From assembly GCF_044704955.1 (NCBI RefSeq), contig NC_091979.1:292330001-292394000 (forward strand): 64,000 nt of DNA, read 5' to 3'. Below, in pieces: positions 1 through 12,690 of this stretch (the first letter of the stretch is position 1; every line of letters starts with the position of its first letter). Source of the stretch: Pristiophorus japonicus. Taxonomy: Eukaryota. Both the position numbers and the translations under genes were made by a program. The notes beneath the pieces are model-generated. The model ran no database searches. It was not told where the DNA came from and saw only the letters and a list, made by a program, of their open reading frames with translations.

Positions 1-166
1 CCTTCTCTGAACTGCCTTCAAAGTAAGTATATCTTTTCGTAAATATGGAAGCCAAAACTGCACGCAGTTTTCCAGGTATAGCCTCACCCATAACCTGCTT
101 TTATACTCCATCCCCTTTGCAATAAAGGCCAAGATTCGATTGGCCTTCCTGATCACTTGCTGCACC
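1..166 (-). mobile_element. CR1 LINE ORF2 3' fragment
   Basis: Reverse complement matches the QVIRKANxILAFIAKGMEYK...VQFWxPYLRKDILxLxAVQR segment seen in other CR1 copies in this window. Confidence 0.8.
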
Positions 167-332
167 TGGTAATTTATTACATTGCTGTGTATGGAGCTTG
201 CTGTGTGAAAATTAGCTGCTGCATTTTCTACATTACAACAATAGCTACACTTCAATGGATGTAAAGTGTTTTGTGGTGTCCTGCTATTGTGAATGGTGCT
301 ATATAAATGTAAGTCTTTCTTTTTTTCTTTCT
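167..332 (+). mobile_element. DeuSINE (SacSINE1-like) 3' tail fragment
   Basis: Same tail as the SINE at 49716-50168 (cttgctgtg..aaatt.gctgc.gc.ttt.ctacattacaaca...gctatataaatgtaagtctttct). Confidence 0.65.
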
Positions 333-350
333 TTGTGCTCTTTACTTCTT

Positions 351-3300
351 GGAGGAGAAATTTAAGATTAAAGATCACATGGATGAACTTCAGCAATTGT
401 ACATCCCTGTCTGCAGTAAAAATAAAATGGGGAATGTGGCTCAACCATGGCTAACAAGGGAAATTAAGGATAGTGTTAAAACCAAGGAAGAGGCATATAA
501 ATTGGCCAGAAAAAGCAGCAAACCTGAGGACTGGGAGAAATTTAGAATTCAACAGAGGAGGACTAAGGGTTTAATTAAGAGGAGGAAAATAAAGTACGAG
601 AGGAAGCTTGCAGGGAACATAAAAATTGACTGCAAAAACTTCTATAAATATGTGAAGAGAAAAAGATTAGTGAAGACAAACATAGGTCCCTTGCAGTCGG
701 ATTCAGGTGAATTTATAATGAGGAACAAAGAAATGGCGGACCAATTGAACAAATATTTTGGTTCTGTCTTCACGAAGGGAGACACAAATAACCTTCCGAA
801 TGTACTAGGGGATAGTGGGTCTAGTGAGAAGGATGAACTAAAGGATATCCTTATTAGGTGGGAAATTGTGTTAGGGAAATTGATGGGATTGAAGGCCGAT
901 AAATCCCCAGGGCCTGATAGTCTGCATCCCAGAGTACTTAAGGAAGTGGCCCTAGAAATAGTGGATGCATTGGTGATCATTTTCCAACAGCCTATCGACT
1001 CTGGATCAGTTCCTATGGACTGGAGGGTAGCTAATGTAACACCACTTTTTAAAAAAGGAGGCAGAGAGAAAACAGGTAATTATAGACCAGTTAGCCTGAC
1101 ATCAGTAGTGGGGAAAATGTTGGAATCAATCATGAAGGATGAAATAGCAGCGCATTTGGAAAGCAGTGACAGGATCGGTCCAAGTCAGCATGGATTTATG
1201 AAAGGGAAATCATGCTTGACGAATCTTCTGGAATTTTTTGAGGATGTAACTAGTAGAGTGGACAAGGGAGAACCAGTGAATGTGGTGTATTTGGACTTTC
1301 AAAATGCTTTTGACAAGGTCCCGCTCAAGACATTGTTGTGCAAAATCAAAGCACATGGTATTAGGGGTAATGTACTGACGTGGATAGAGAACTGGTTGCA
1401 GAGAGGAAGCAGAGAGTCGGGATAAACGGGTCCTTTTCAGAATGGCAGGCAGTGACTAGTGGAGTGCCGCAGGGCTCAGTGCTGGGACCGCAACTCTTTA
1501 CAATATACATTAACGATTTAGATGAAGAAATTGAGTGTAATAAGTTTGCAGATGACACTAAACTGGGTGGCGTTGTGAGCTGTGAGGAGGACGCTAAGAG
1601 GCTACAGAGTGACTTGGACAGATTAGGTGAGTGGGCAAATGCATGCCAGATGCAGTATAATGTGGATAAATGTGAGGTTATCCATTTTGGGGGCAAAAAC
1701 ACGAAGACAGAATATTACCTGAATGGCGGAAGATTAGGAAAAGGGGAGGTGCTATGAGACCTGGGTGTCATGGATCATCAGTCATTGAAAGTTGGCATGC
1801 AGGTACAGCAGGCAGTGAAGAAGGCAAATGGTATGTTGGCCTTCATAGCTAGGGGATTTGAGTATAGGAGCAGGGAGGTCTTACTGCAGTTGTACAGGGC
1901 CTTGGTGAGGCCTCACCTGGAATATTGTGTTCAGTTTTGGTCTCCTAATCTGAGGAAGGACATTGTTGCTATTGAGGGAGTGCAGCGAAGGTTCACCAAA
2001 CTGATTCCAGGGATGGCTGGACTGACATATAAGGAGATACTGGATTAACTGGGCCTTTATTCACTGGAGTTTAGAAGGATGAGAGGGGATCTCATAGAAA
2101 CGAATAAAATTCTGACAGGACTGGACAGGTTAGATGCGGGAAGAATGTTCCCGATGTTGGGGAAGTCCAGAACCGGGGACATAGTCTTAGGATAAGGGGT
2201 AGGCCATTTAGGACTGAGATGAAGAGAAACTGCTTCACTCAGAGAGTTGTTAACCTGTGGAATTCCCTGCCGCAGAGAGTTGTTGATGCCAGTTCATTGG
2301 ATGCATTCAAGAGGGAGTTAGATATGGCCCTTACGGCTAAAGAGATCAAGGGGTATGGAGAGAAAGCAGGAAAGGGGTACTGATAGAATGATCAGCCATG
2401 ATCATATTGAATGGTGGTGCAGGTTCGAAGGGCCGAATGGCCTACTCCTGCACCTGTTTTCTATGTTTCTCTGTTTCTATGTTTTAGCGCATTTGTGCCT
2501 CCCATTAAAGGGGTACAAACAACTTTTCACCTGGGCGTGGCGCCGCTACCAAATCCCAGCAAAATTCCACAGGTGTTTAGCAGCGGTGGTAACCAGTAGC
2601 GTCCCGCTCCGCTGTGCCGGCGCTGACAACGTAATCAGTGTGCGCAGTGACCCATTTTTGCCCCGCAGCAAATTTCAGTAGCATCCCCTGAAACTGCCGT
2701 GAGCAATGCTGCAGGCTGCTCACAGGGCGATAATTAAAGGAGAGATCGGGAAGGCGAAAAAAAAATGGCCAACTTAGGGTCGTGACCTTCTTGGTATTGA
2801 ATCCTGCGGTTTGAACTGCGATCTTGCTGCCACGGCACCCCGCTCCCTGGTGGTCCAGGGATGGTCCCATTTTCTGCCCGCGGAGTCGGTAGCTTGGTCC
2901 TCCTCTTCATGAAGAGGAGGACCCTGTCTACGTGCCAGCACTACGTGTCCCGCCGCATAACGCTGCGATCTTCACAGAGGCTTTGTGCCCCACTCTCGCC
3001 CCCAAGAGGAAGTGCAGCGCGATATTTTGACTGTAGATCCTCTCGGAGGCGGTAACCTGAATATAGGTCACAGGGCGGGACTTCCATTGGTGCTGAATTT
3101 TGCAGCCCAAGCATAAGCGTGAATTTTCTACTCGTTGTAGTTGATGAATAGGAAAGCATGGGCTGAGAGCATGTGAGTCCTTGATATACATTCCCAGCAA
3201 GCAGCCGGAATACACTATTAGTAGCCCAGTTTTAACTCGGGCAGCAGTTGTGCGGGTGGGGGCAGATGCAGGTGGCAAACCATCCTGATGTTGGCACCAG

Positions 3301-3364
3301 TTTTTAAGTATTTGGTACAATAAATCACAAAGTCTCAAAATGGTTCAGCGGACAATTTTAGCCC
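351..3364. mobile_element. Non-autonomous PIF/Harbinger-like element interrupted by CR1
   Basis: Ends GGAGGAGAAATTT (351) and AATTTTAGCCC (3364) resemble the TIR ends of other elements here. The GC-rich body 2487-3100 has an inverted homolog at 23770-24370. Confidence 0.5.
365..2484 (+). mobile_element. 5'-truncated CR1 LINE (ORF2 RT, frameshifted)
   Basis: ORFs 349-2048 carry KSPGPD, NYRPVSLTS, YLDFQxAFDKV, GVPQGSVLGP and KFADDTKL. Ends in a (tttctatg)n tail. Confidence 0.95.
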
Positions 3365-5987
3365 ATGTACAATCAAAAGTGATAATTGACTTAAAGAAAT
3401 CTATTCTCTATAAACAATTAGTTTTCCTTTCCAAACATCAACAAAGAAAAAGCTATGAGTAGCTGTTGTTATTCACAGTCATGTTTCTCATATGACAGCT
3501 TTTCTATATTTTTGTAAGGTGTTTATAATAGAAAATTGTAATATATTTATATCAATTCATCACTTGTCTGCAATAAAAGCTTTGAAAATTCAATCTCTGT
3601 TTCTTTCAAAGTATGTTGGAAAAAGCAAAGAAACTGTCACATCCTCACAGGATGAGAGGACACACAATTCTTGCCAATTCCTGTTGATGCACAGATTGCA
3701 TGCTGCAAAATGCACAGGCTCACAGCACATAAATGGGATTGCACACTGAGGCCTTCAAGTAAAAACTATAATGTAGGCACAACTGCCAATTCAATGGATA
3801 AACTTAAATCATGTTATTGTGAAACTGATAATTTTTAGAATTTTTTGTTTTGTTTAATCACTTATTTTGGACTTTGAAAATTTAAGACTAAGTCAAAGTC
3901 AATACTAATATGATTGACATAAGCATAAAAATGACTAAAATTACCCATATAATTAGTTAATTAATGTTATAGCCTGGCCCCTTCTGTCTGAAGTGTGGGT
4001 CATGAGTTAAAACTTTCACTTGTCTCCGAGTGCTGGAAATGTTTTGCTGCTGTTGCCAGATTCAGTATGCATGTGGAACACTTCAGATGTTTTTTTTCTT
4101 GTGTTGCACCGATGTTTGCACCTCAATTAGAAGTGAATGTTTATGAGGCGATTTGATACTGATGGCACACATTACAGCCCGAATCAGTCAGACATTTAAT
4201 AGGAGAGCGAGGACATGGTAGGTAAGGAGGTGAGTCATGCCTCTGTCATTCTTATTAGGTTGTGAATGGGGACTCGTGTCTTCATTAACTTTGGTCAACA
4301 TTGTGAGGTCATTAAATCTGTGTGGTAATCTGTGGGGTACTGGAGGTTTCACTAATTGCCTCGGCAACCTGCCACCATAATGTCTGCACCACCCTCTTAT
4401 GGGACTTCCTGTTCTCAGTCCCCCAGCAGTCCTTTCTCTATAGCTCTCACTTCTGGAAGTAAAACAGCCATGGATGCCAAAAGAAAGCCTGTGAGCATTA
4501 CCTGCTGCTGATCCCTCCCCCTCTGAGACTACTGCTACTTCACACATTCTGGCTGACTTCCCTTTCTTCTATATATTTCCAGAATTCCCACAAGTGTTTG
4601 CTCCTTTATCCAGCTGCAGCATTTTTAATTACTTAATTTCCCTGCCTCCCAGTGGTGATAATCCAACGAGCAATGGTTTTACCACAGTAAACCCACCATG
4701 AATACTTAATGAGAGCCACTTCAGGTAAAAGAAGCAGTTCAGAAATTAGCACACAGAGGCACAGAGCCATTTGAATCGCAATTAGCTCCCACTTAAACCT
4801 TGAAGCGCGACAGCACACATATTCTTTTCATTGGCTACCCGCAGGTTAGAGATTACCCAGTGCACAACACGAAGAGAGAACACTGATGTCATCCAGACAT
4901 GACACAAAGTAAGGGCATTATATTTGTCCAAAGAGTTTGCTTCAGATTGTGTAGAATAAGGTAACAGAACAGCAAATGGTAGATATTAGTGATAGTTAAG
5001 GAAGTGCAGTGGGCAATGTTGCAGAAGTTGTTTAAAGACACTTTCTGGGTTACACAGGGTCCCTTAAACAGAAGCTCAGGCTGAATGTATCTTGGATGAA
5101 TACTTAGAGGAGCAGTATTCCTGGCTGCGCTGCTGTATTTGCAGCTGCATCCTCTTAGTCAGTATCTGTGTCCTGCTCTACCTTTGATTTCAGATCTCTG
5201 AATAGCAAATTTGTGTAGCATGTATCAAATAATGATGATCCTGGAAGGCTGTACTAGAAGGTGCTCCTGATGTGCTCACACATCTGAAATACTGCCCCAA
5301 GGTGCCAATGGCATACACAATAATGATCCTGGTAGTTCCATGGGCTTTGTTACATCTGACATCTGCCAGTGTCTGTAGCTTCTGCCAGGCATCATTAGCT
5401 AGGATTGGCTAGTTTTCTTTGGGTCCCACAAAATCATCAGCCATAAAACTGTGTAAACCCAGTATTTTGACATCAGCATCAGTAACCTCTTATTATCAAA
5501 AAGAGGAAAATATACCTATACATTTTTAAAAGAACATTTTCATCCAATTTAGCAAGATTTTTACCACAGGCTCAATTCCTCCAACAGCTAGGGGTGCAAA
5601 CTTTGCAGTAACAGAATACTCAATTGTTGAGAATGTTATATCTGTGGAAGTTCACGCCTTTTTCAAACCAGTTCAGGAAATACATATTTGAATGTTAGTT
5701 GCTGTATTTTAAAGAACATGCAATCAGTGACAGGAATAGTGATGTAAATGCAAACGAGCAAAGTCATTGTACAGTGTTCACAACGTAGTCGTGTATCTTT
5801 TAAGCCATTTTACCAAAATTGTAATAGTAATAATGTAACAAACCTACTGATGTTGCACAAAGAGTTTATGAACTAAAAGTAAGCTGTTATTCTCTATTTG
5901 CTCCGCTCTTCCCCTAGAGGAAAAGATTACTTCTGGAATACAGTTTCACATTTCTTTAATACCTTGCCCATGTGGCCATCCTTCCCG

Positions 5988-6390
5988 TACGAGCCACATC
6001 GTCTGCACGCCCGACACGAGACTCCCTAACCAAGCACTCTACTCGGAACTCTGACATGGCAAGTGAGCCCCAGGTGAGCAGAGGAAATGTTTCAAGGACA
6101 ACCTCAAAGCCTCCTTGATAAAGTGCATCATCCCCACCGACACCTGGGAGTCCCTGGCCAAAGACCGCCTTAAGTGGAGGAAGAGCATCCGGGAGGGCGC
6201 TGAGCACCTCGAGTCTCGTCGCCGAGAGCATGCAGAATGCAAGCGCAGGCAGTGGAAGGAGTGTGCGGCAAACCAGTTCCAACCCACCCTTTCCTTCAAC
6301 CACTGTCTGCCCTACCTGTGACAGAGATTGTAGTTCCCGCATTGGACTGTTCAGCCATCTGAGAACTCACTTATAGAGTGGAAGCAAGTA
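5988..6390 (+). mobile_element. RTE-clade (BovB-like) LINE 3' fragment
   Basis: Degenerate HIVxxPDTRLPxQALYSEL..FKDNLKASL..WESLAKDRxKWRKSIREG with a C-terminal CPTCDRDCSSRIGLFSHLRTH zinc finger. Confidence 0.8.
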
Positions 6391-7108
6391 TACTCAGCCT
6401 GTCACGTTGGTTTTTGTAGCATTAACAATGTCACCAGCAAGAAAGCATAGTTTTATGAATGTTGTTGCACATATGTACATGACATAGGTCTTTTCTCCTC
6501 TCAAGAGAATGGTACAAGTAGGCTATTTAACTCAACGCTGCCAGCTCACAACTCCCTTTGATGAGGCACCAGTCCAGGCAGAGTATCTGGTATATTGGTC
6601 TGATATTTCAGCTGTTTCAATGTTTGCTCCCTCCACAGTATTCCTCATGAGTTATATAAATTTGGGGACAACAGTTGTATTATCTATGATTAATAATGAA
6701 AAATCCAATAAAATGCACAAAATTATAATGTCTTGGTCAGTTTACATAATGTCACTGTTGGATGCTGCATCCAAATGGTAGAGGTTGAAATAAAACTGCT
6801 AAATAATTTACAACATTATAAACTAGCAATAAAAGATTCAATATTGAGTGTTGCATTATTCACGTTGCAGGATTCAGCTTATCTGATTTCTCATATCTAC
6901 AACCCTAACAAACTTTGCCCACTAAAAATTTGTGAAGTCCAAAAGATATTACAAAATATGAGCAAAATCCCTCAAAATATGCTCACTATTACACAAATAA
7001 ACAATATTTATTGAATCAATTGTTAATAACTTGAATATTGATTTTTTTAAAAAGATTTTTAAAAGTTGTTTCAGGATGTGGGTGTCGCTGGCAAGGCCAG
7101 CATTTATT

Positions 7109-7343
7109 TTTTTTTTTAATTCGTTGCCAATCTTTCCAATTCTTTGTCAAATCACAAACGCCAGAGGTCACCTTGCACACATCAAGGATCACTCTGCGCC
7201 AATGCTCTAAGCCAAAAGGCCTAGAGCCACTGCACCGTTCCTGGAAGTACTGCAATACCAGGTTCGTGCCATGGAGGTGGATGGGTCAGGCCCCCCACAC
7301 ACCTCCATGGAGGTGGATGGGTCAAGCCACCCCACCCACCTCC
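7109..7343 (-). mobile_element. U2 snRNA-derived polyadenylated retroposon (SINEU-like, or 3' end of a U2-associated LINE)
   Basis: TSD ATTTATT at 7102-7108 and 7344-7350; poly(A) tail on the minus strand. 7231-7263 matches the recalled U2 3' stem-loop IV at 32/33 nt; 7203-7226 resembles U2 stem-loop I. Confidence 0.85.
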
Positions 7344-8234
7344 ATTTATTGCCCATCCCTAATTGCCCTTGAGAAAGTGGTCGTGAGCTGCCTTCTTGAA
7401 CCGTTGCACAGTGTGGTGAAGGAACTCCCACCGTGCTGTTAGGGAGGGAGTTCCAGGATTTTGCCCCAGCGACAATGAAGGAATGCCAATATATTTTCAA
7501 GTCAGGATGAAAATGTTGAGAGAGAAACTTGCAGGTGATGGTGCTCCCATGCGTCTGCTGCCCTTGGCCTTCTAGGTGGTAGAGTTCACGGGTTTGGGAG
7601 GTGCTGCCGAAGAAGCTGTGGCAAGTTGCTGCAGTGCATCTTATAGATGGTACACACTGCAGCCACACTGCGCCAGTGGTGGTGGGAGTGAATGTTTAAG
7701 GTGGTGGATGGGGTGCCAATCAAGCGGGCTGCTTTGTTCTGGATGGTGTCAAGCCTCTTGAGTGTCGTTGGAGCTGCACTCAGACAAGCAAGTGAAGAGA
7801 ATTCCATCATACTCCTAACTTGTGCCTTGTGGATGGTGGAAAGGCTTTGGGGAGTCAGGAGGTGAGACACTCACCACAGACTACCCCACTTCTGATCCAC
7901 TCTTGTAACCACAGTATTTATGTGGCTGGTCCAGTTAAATTACTGGTCAATGGTGACCCCACGATGTTGATGGTGGGAGATTTGGCGATAGTAATGCCGT
8001 TGAATGTCAAGAGGAGGTGGTTAGACTCCTGCTTGTTGGAGATGGTCATTGCCTGGCACTTGCGTGGCGCAAATGTTACTTACCACTTATCAGCCCAAGT
8101 CTGAATGTCATCCAGGTCGTGTTGTATGTGGGCATGGACTGCTTCATTTTCTGAGGAGTTGCGAATGGAAGTGAACACTGCAATCATCAGCGAACATCTC
8201 CACTTCTGACCTTATAATGGAGTGAAGGTCATTG

Positions 8235-11123
8235 TGTCTTAATGCAAGGAGTATCCGCAATAAGGTGGATGAATTAATTGTGCAAATAGATGTTAACAAA
8301 TATGATGTGATTGGGATTACGGAGACGTGGCTCCAGGATGATCAGGGCTGGGAACTCAACATTCAGGGGTATTCAACATTCAGGAAGGATAGAATAAAAG
8401 GAAAAGGAGGTGGGGTAGCATTGCTGGTTAAAGAGGAGATTAATGCAATAGTTAGGAAAGACATTAGCTTGGATGATGTGGAATCTATATGGGTAGAGCT
8501 GCAGAACACCAAAGGGCAAAAAACGTTAGTAGGAGTTGTGTACAGACCTCCAAACAGTAATAGGGATGTTGGGGAGGGCATCAAACAGGAAATTAGGGGT
8601 GCATGCAATAAAGGTGTAGCAGTTATAATGGGTGACTTTAATATGCACATAGATTGGGCTAGCCAAACTGGAAGCAATACGGTGGAGGAGGATTTCCTGG
8701 AGTGCATAAGGGATGGTTTTCTAGACCAATATGTTGAGGAGCCAACTAGGGGGGAGGCCATCTTAGACTGGTTGTTGTGTAATGAGAGAGGATTAATTAG
8801 CAATCTCATTGTGCGAGGCCCCTTGGGGAAGAGTGACCATAATATGGTGGAATTCTGCATTAGGATGGAGAATGAAACAGTAAATTCAGAGACCATGGTC
8901 CAGAACTTAAAGAAGGGTAACTTTGAAGGTATGAGGCGTGAATTGGCTAGGATAGATTGGCGAATGATACTTAGGGGGTTGACTGTGGATGGGCAATGGC
9001 AGACATTTAGAGACCGCATGGATGAATTACAACAATTGTACATTCCTGTCTGGCGTAAAAATAAAAAAGGGAAGGTGGCTCAACCGTGGCTATCTAGGGA
9101 AATCAGGGATAGTATTAAAGCCAAGGAAGTGGCATACAAATTGGCCAGAAATAGCAGCGAACCTGGGGACTGGGAGAAATTTAGAACTCAGCAGAGGAGG
9201 ACAAAGGGTTTGATTAGGGCAGGGAAAATGGAGTACGAGAAGAAGCTTGCAGGGAACATTAAGGCGGATTGCAAAAGTTTCTATAGGTATGTAAAGAGAA
9301 AAAGGTTAGTAAAGACAAACGTAGGTCCCCTGCAGTCAGAATCAGGGGAAGTCATAACGGGGAACAAAGAAATGGCAGACCAATTGAACAAGTACTTTGG
9401 TTCGGTATTCACGAGGATACAAACAACCTTCCGGATATAAAAGGGGTCAGAGGGTCTAGTAAGGAGGGGGAACTGAGGGAAATCTTTATTAGTCGGGAAA
9501 TTGTGTTGGGGAAATTGATGGAATTGAAGGCCGATAAATCCCCAGGGCCTGATGGACTGCATCCCAGAGTACTTAAGGAGGTGGTCTTGGAAATAGCGGA
9601 TGCATTGACAGTCATTTTCCAACATTCCATTGACTCTGGATCAGTTCCTATGGAGTGGAGGGTAGCCAATGTAACCCCACTTTTTAAAAAAGGAGGGAGA
9701 GAGAAAACAGGGAATTATAGACCGATCAGCCTGACCTCAGTTGTGGGTAAAATGATGGAATCAATTATTAAGGATGTCATAGCAGTGCATCTGGAAAATG
9801 GTGACATGATAGGTCCAAGTCAGCATGGATTTGTGAAAGGGAAATCATGCTTGACAAATCTTCTGGAATTTTTTGAGGATGTTTCCAGTAAAGTGGACAA
9901 AGGAGAACCAGTTGATGTGGTATATTTGGACTTTCAGAAGGCTTTCGACAAGGTCCCACACAAGAGATTAATGTGCAAAGTTAAAGCACATGGGATTGGG
10001 GGTAGTGTGCTGACGTGGATTGAGAACTGGTTGTCAGACAGGAAGCAAAGAGTAGGAGTAAACGGGTACTTTTCAGAATGGCAGGCAGTGACTAGTGGGG
10101 TGCCGCAAGGTTCTGTGCTGGGGCCCCAGCTGTTTACATTGTACATTAATGATTTAGACGAGGGGATTAAATGCAGTATCTCCAAATTTGCGGATGACAC
10201 TAAGTTGGGTGGCAGTGTGAGCTGCGAGGAGGATGCTATTAGGCTGCAGAGTGACTTGGATAGGTTAGGTGAGTGGGCAAATGCATGGCAGATGAAGTAT
10301 AATGTGGATAAATGTGAGGTTATCCACTTTGGTGGTAAAAACAGAGAGACAGACTATTATCTGAATGGTGACAGATTAGGAAAAGGGAAGGTGCAACGAG
10401 ACCTGGGTGACATGGTACATCAGTCATTGAAGGTTAGCATGCAGGTACAGCCGGCGGTTAAGAAAGCAAATGGAATGTTGGCCTTCATAGTGAGGGGATT
10501 TGAATACAGGGGCAGGGAGGTGTTGCTACAGTTGTACAGGGCCTTGGTGAGGCCACACCTGGAGTATTGTGTACAGTTTTGGTCTCCTAACTTGAGGAAG
10601 GACATTCTTGCTATTGAGGGAGTGCAGCGAAGATTCACCAGACTGATTCCCGGGATGGCGGGACTGACCTATCAAGAAAGACTGGATCAACTGGGCTTGT
10701 ATTCACTGGAGTTCAGAAGAATGAGAGGGGACCTCATGGAAACGTTTAAAATTCTGACGGGTTTAGACAGGTTAGATGCAGGAAGAATGTTCCCAATGTT
10801 GGGGAAGTCCAGAACCAGGGGTCACAGTCTGAGGATAAGGGGTAAGCCATTTAGGACCGAGATGAGGAGAAACTTCTTCACCCAGAGAGTGGTGAACCTG
10901 TGGAATTCTCTACCACAGAAAGTAGTTGAGGCCAATTCACTAAATATATTCAAAAGGGAGTTAGATGAAGTCCTTACTACTCGGGGGATCAAGGGTTATG
11001 GCGAGAAAGCAGGAAGGGGGTACTGAAGTTTCATGTTCAGCCATGAACTCATTGAATGGCGGTGCAGGCTAGAAGGGCTGAATGGCCTGCTCCTGCACCT
11101 ATTTTCTATGTTTCTATGTTTCT
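8235..11123 (+). mobile_element. Young CR1 LINE with almost complete ORF2 (APE endonuclease + RT)
   Basis: ORFs 8232-9440 (NARSIRNK, GITETW, GDFN, SDH) and 9503-11026 (RT) are separated by one frameshift near 9415. (tttctatg)n tail; no TSD. Confidence 0.97.
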
Positions 11124-12690
11124 ATGAAGCAGCTGAAGATGGTTGGGCCTAGGACACTGCCCTGAGGAACTCCTGCAGCGATGTCCTAGGGCTAGGATGA
11201 TTGACCTTGAACAACCACAACCATCTTCCTTTGTGCTAGGTATGACTCCAGCCAGTGGAGAGTTCTCCCCCTGAATTCAATTTTACTAGGGTTCCTTGAT
11301 GCCACACTCAGTCAAATGCTGCCTTGATGTCAAGGGCAGTCACTCTCACCTCACCTCTAGAATTCAGCTTTTCTGTCCATGTTTGGAACAAGGCTGTAAT
11401 GAGGTCTGGAGCCAAATGGTCCTTGTGGAATCCAAACTGAGCATTTGTGAGCAGGTTATTGGTGAGTAAGTGCCACTTGATAGCACTGTCGACGACACCT
11501 TCCATTAATTTGCTGAGGATTGAGAGTAAAGTGATGGGGCGGTAATTGGCCGGATTGGATTTGTCTTGCTTTTTGTGGACAGGACATACCTGGGCAGTTT
11601 TCCACATTGTTGGGTAGATGCCAGTGTTGTAGCTGTACTGGAACAGCTTGGCTAAAGACGCGGCTAGTTCTAGAGCACAAGTCATCAGCACTACAGCCTG
11701 GATGTTGTCAGGGCCCAAAGCCTTTGCTGTACCCAGTGCGCTCAGCCATTTCTTGATATCACGTGGAGTGAATCGGATTGGCTGAGGACTGGATTTTGTG
11801 ATGGTGGGAACCTCAGGAGGAGGCCGATATGGATCATCCACTCGGCACTTCTGGCTGAAGATGGTTGCAAATACTTCAGCCTTGTCTTTTGCACCCATAT
11901 GCTGGGCTCCGCCATCATTGAGGATGGGAATATTCATGGAGCCTCCTCCTCCCATTAGTTGTTTAATTCACGACTGGATGTGGCAGGACTGCAGAGCTTT
12001 GATCTGATCCGTTGATTGTAGAATTGCTTAGCTCTGTTTATAGCATGCTGCTTCCGCTGTTTAACATGCATGCAGTCCTGTGTTGCAGCTTCCCCAGGTT
12101 GGTACCTCCTTTTTAGATACACCTGGTGCTGTATGTTTTAATTGGTGTGAGGGGCACACTATTAAAGTATGAATATATTTTCCTCTTACACCATGTAAAA
12201 TATAATACTGTTATGTACTGAAAATTATACAAGAGACCATTGGGCTGGATTTTTGGTTGCCTAACGTCTCAGTTAGCAGGCGGAGGGGACGTTAATGTGA
12301 GTGTAAGAGGTTACTGACCAGGAGCGCGGCGTTTGGCATCCTGACAGAAAATTCATTGGAGGCTCATCGGGGGCGCAGATCAGTAGCACTTGGCTGCTGA
12401 TAATCACTCCGATCTTGACGTGTTCCTGGTGTAACACCCATGCTTGCGTCCCGGTCGTAAAATTAGGTGCAGCCGCCTCATTTAGCGGCTGCCAAGTACA
12501 ACGTCTGGGAAAACAGTCGGTCAGGCTTGCAGAGTCGTTAACAGGTGGCTAGTTAAGGGGATGAGGAGGCACTTTCCTCAGAGGGCACATTCAGTGCAAC
12601 GTTTACACAGCACGGTGGTGAGCCTCCGCGTTTGCAGCAGTAGACAGACATACCAGTTCAGCTGGAGAGAAACTTCTTTGTGAAACTTTA

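Larger units (their letters stand above)
7055..12131 (-). mobile_element. CR1/Jockey-group LINE (different family) hosting two nested insertions
   Basis: ORF 11308-11955 contains KALGPD..WKTAQVCPVHKK..NYRPITLLS..LDIKAAFD; ORF 7586-7870 contains KAQVRSMMEFS..IQNKAARLI. The host sequence appears to rejoin across 8234/11124. Confidence 0.85.

Noticed and set aside
5050-5450. Possible very old HARBI1-like transposase trace (xEGAxD.., PGSS..)
   Set aside because: The motifs are too degenerate and broken to support a call without a profile search.
7109-7343. Functional U2 snRNA gene
   Set aside because: It lacks the branch-point recognition region and Sm site, its parts are out of order, and it has a poly(A) tail and TSD.
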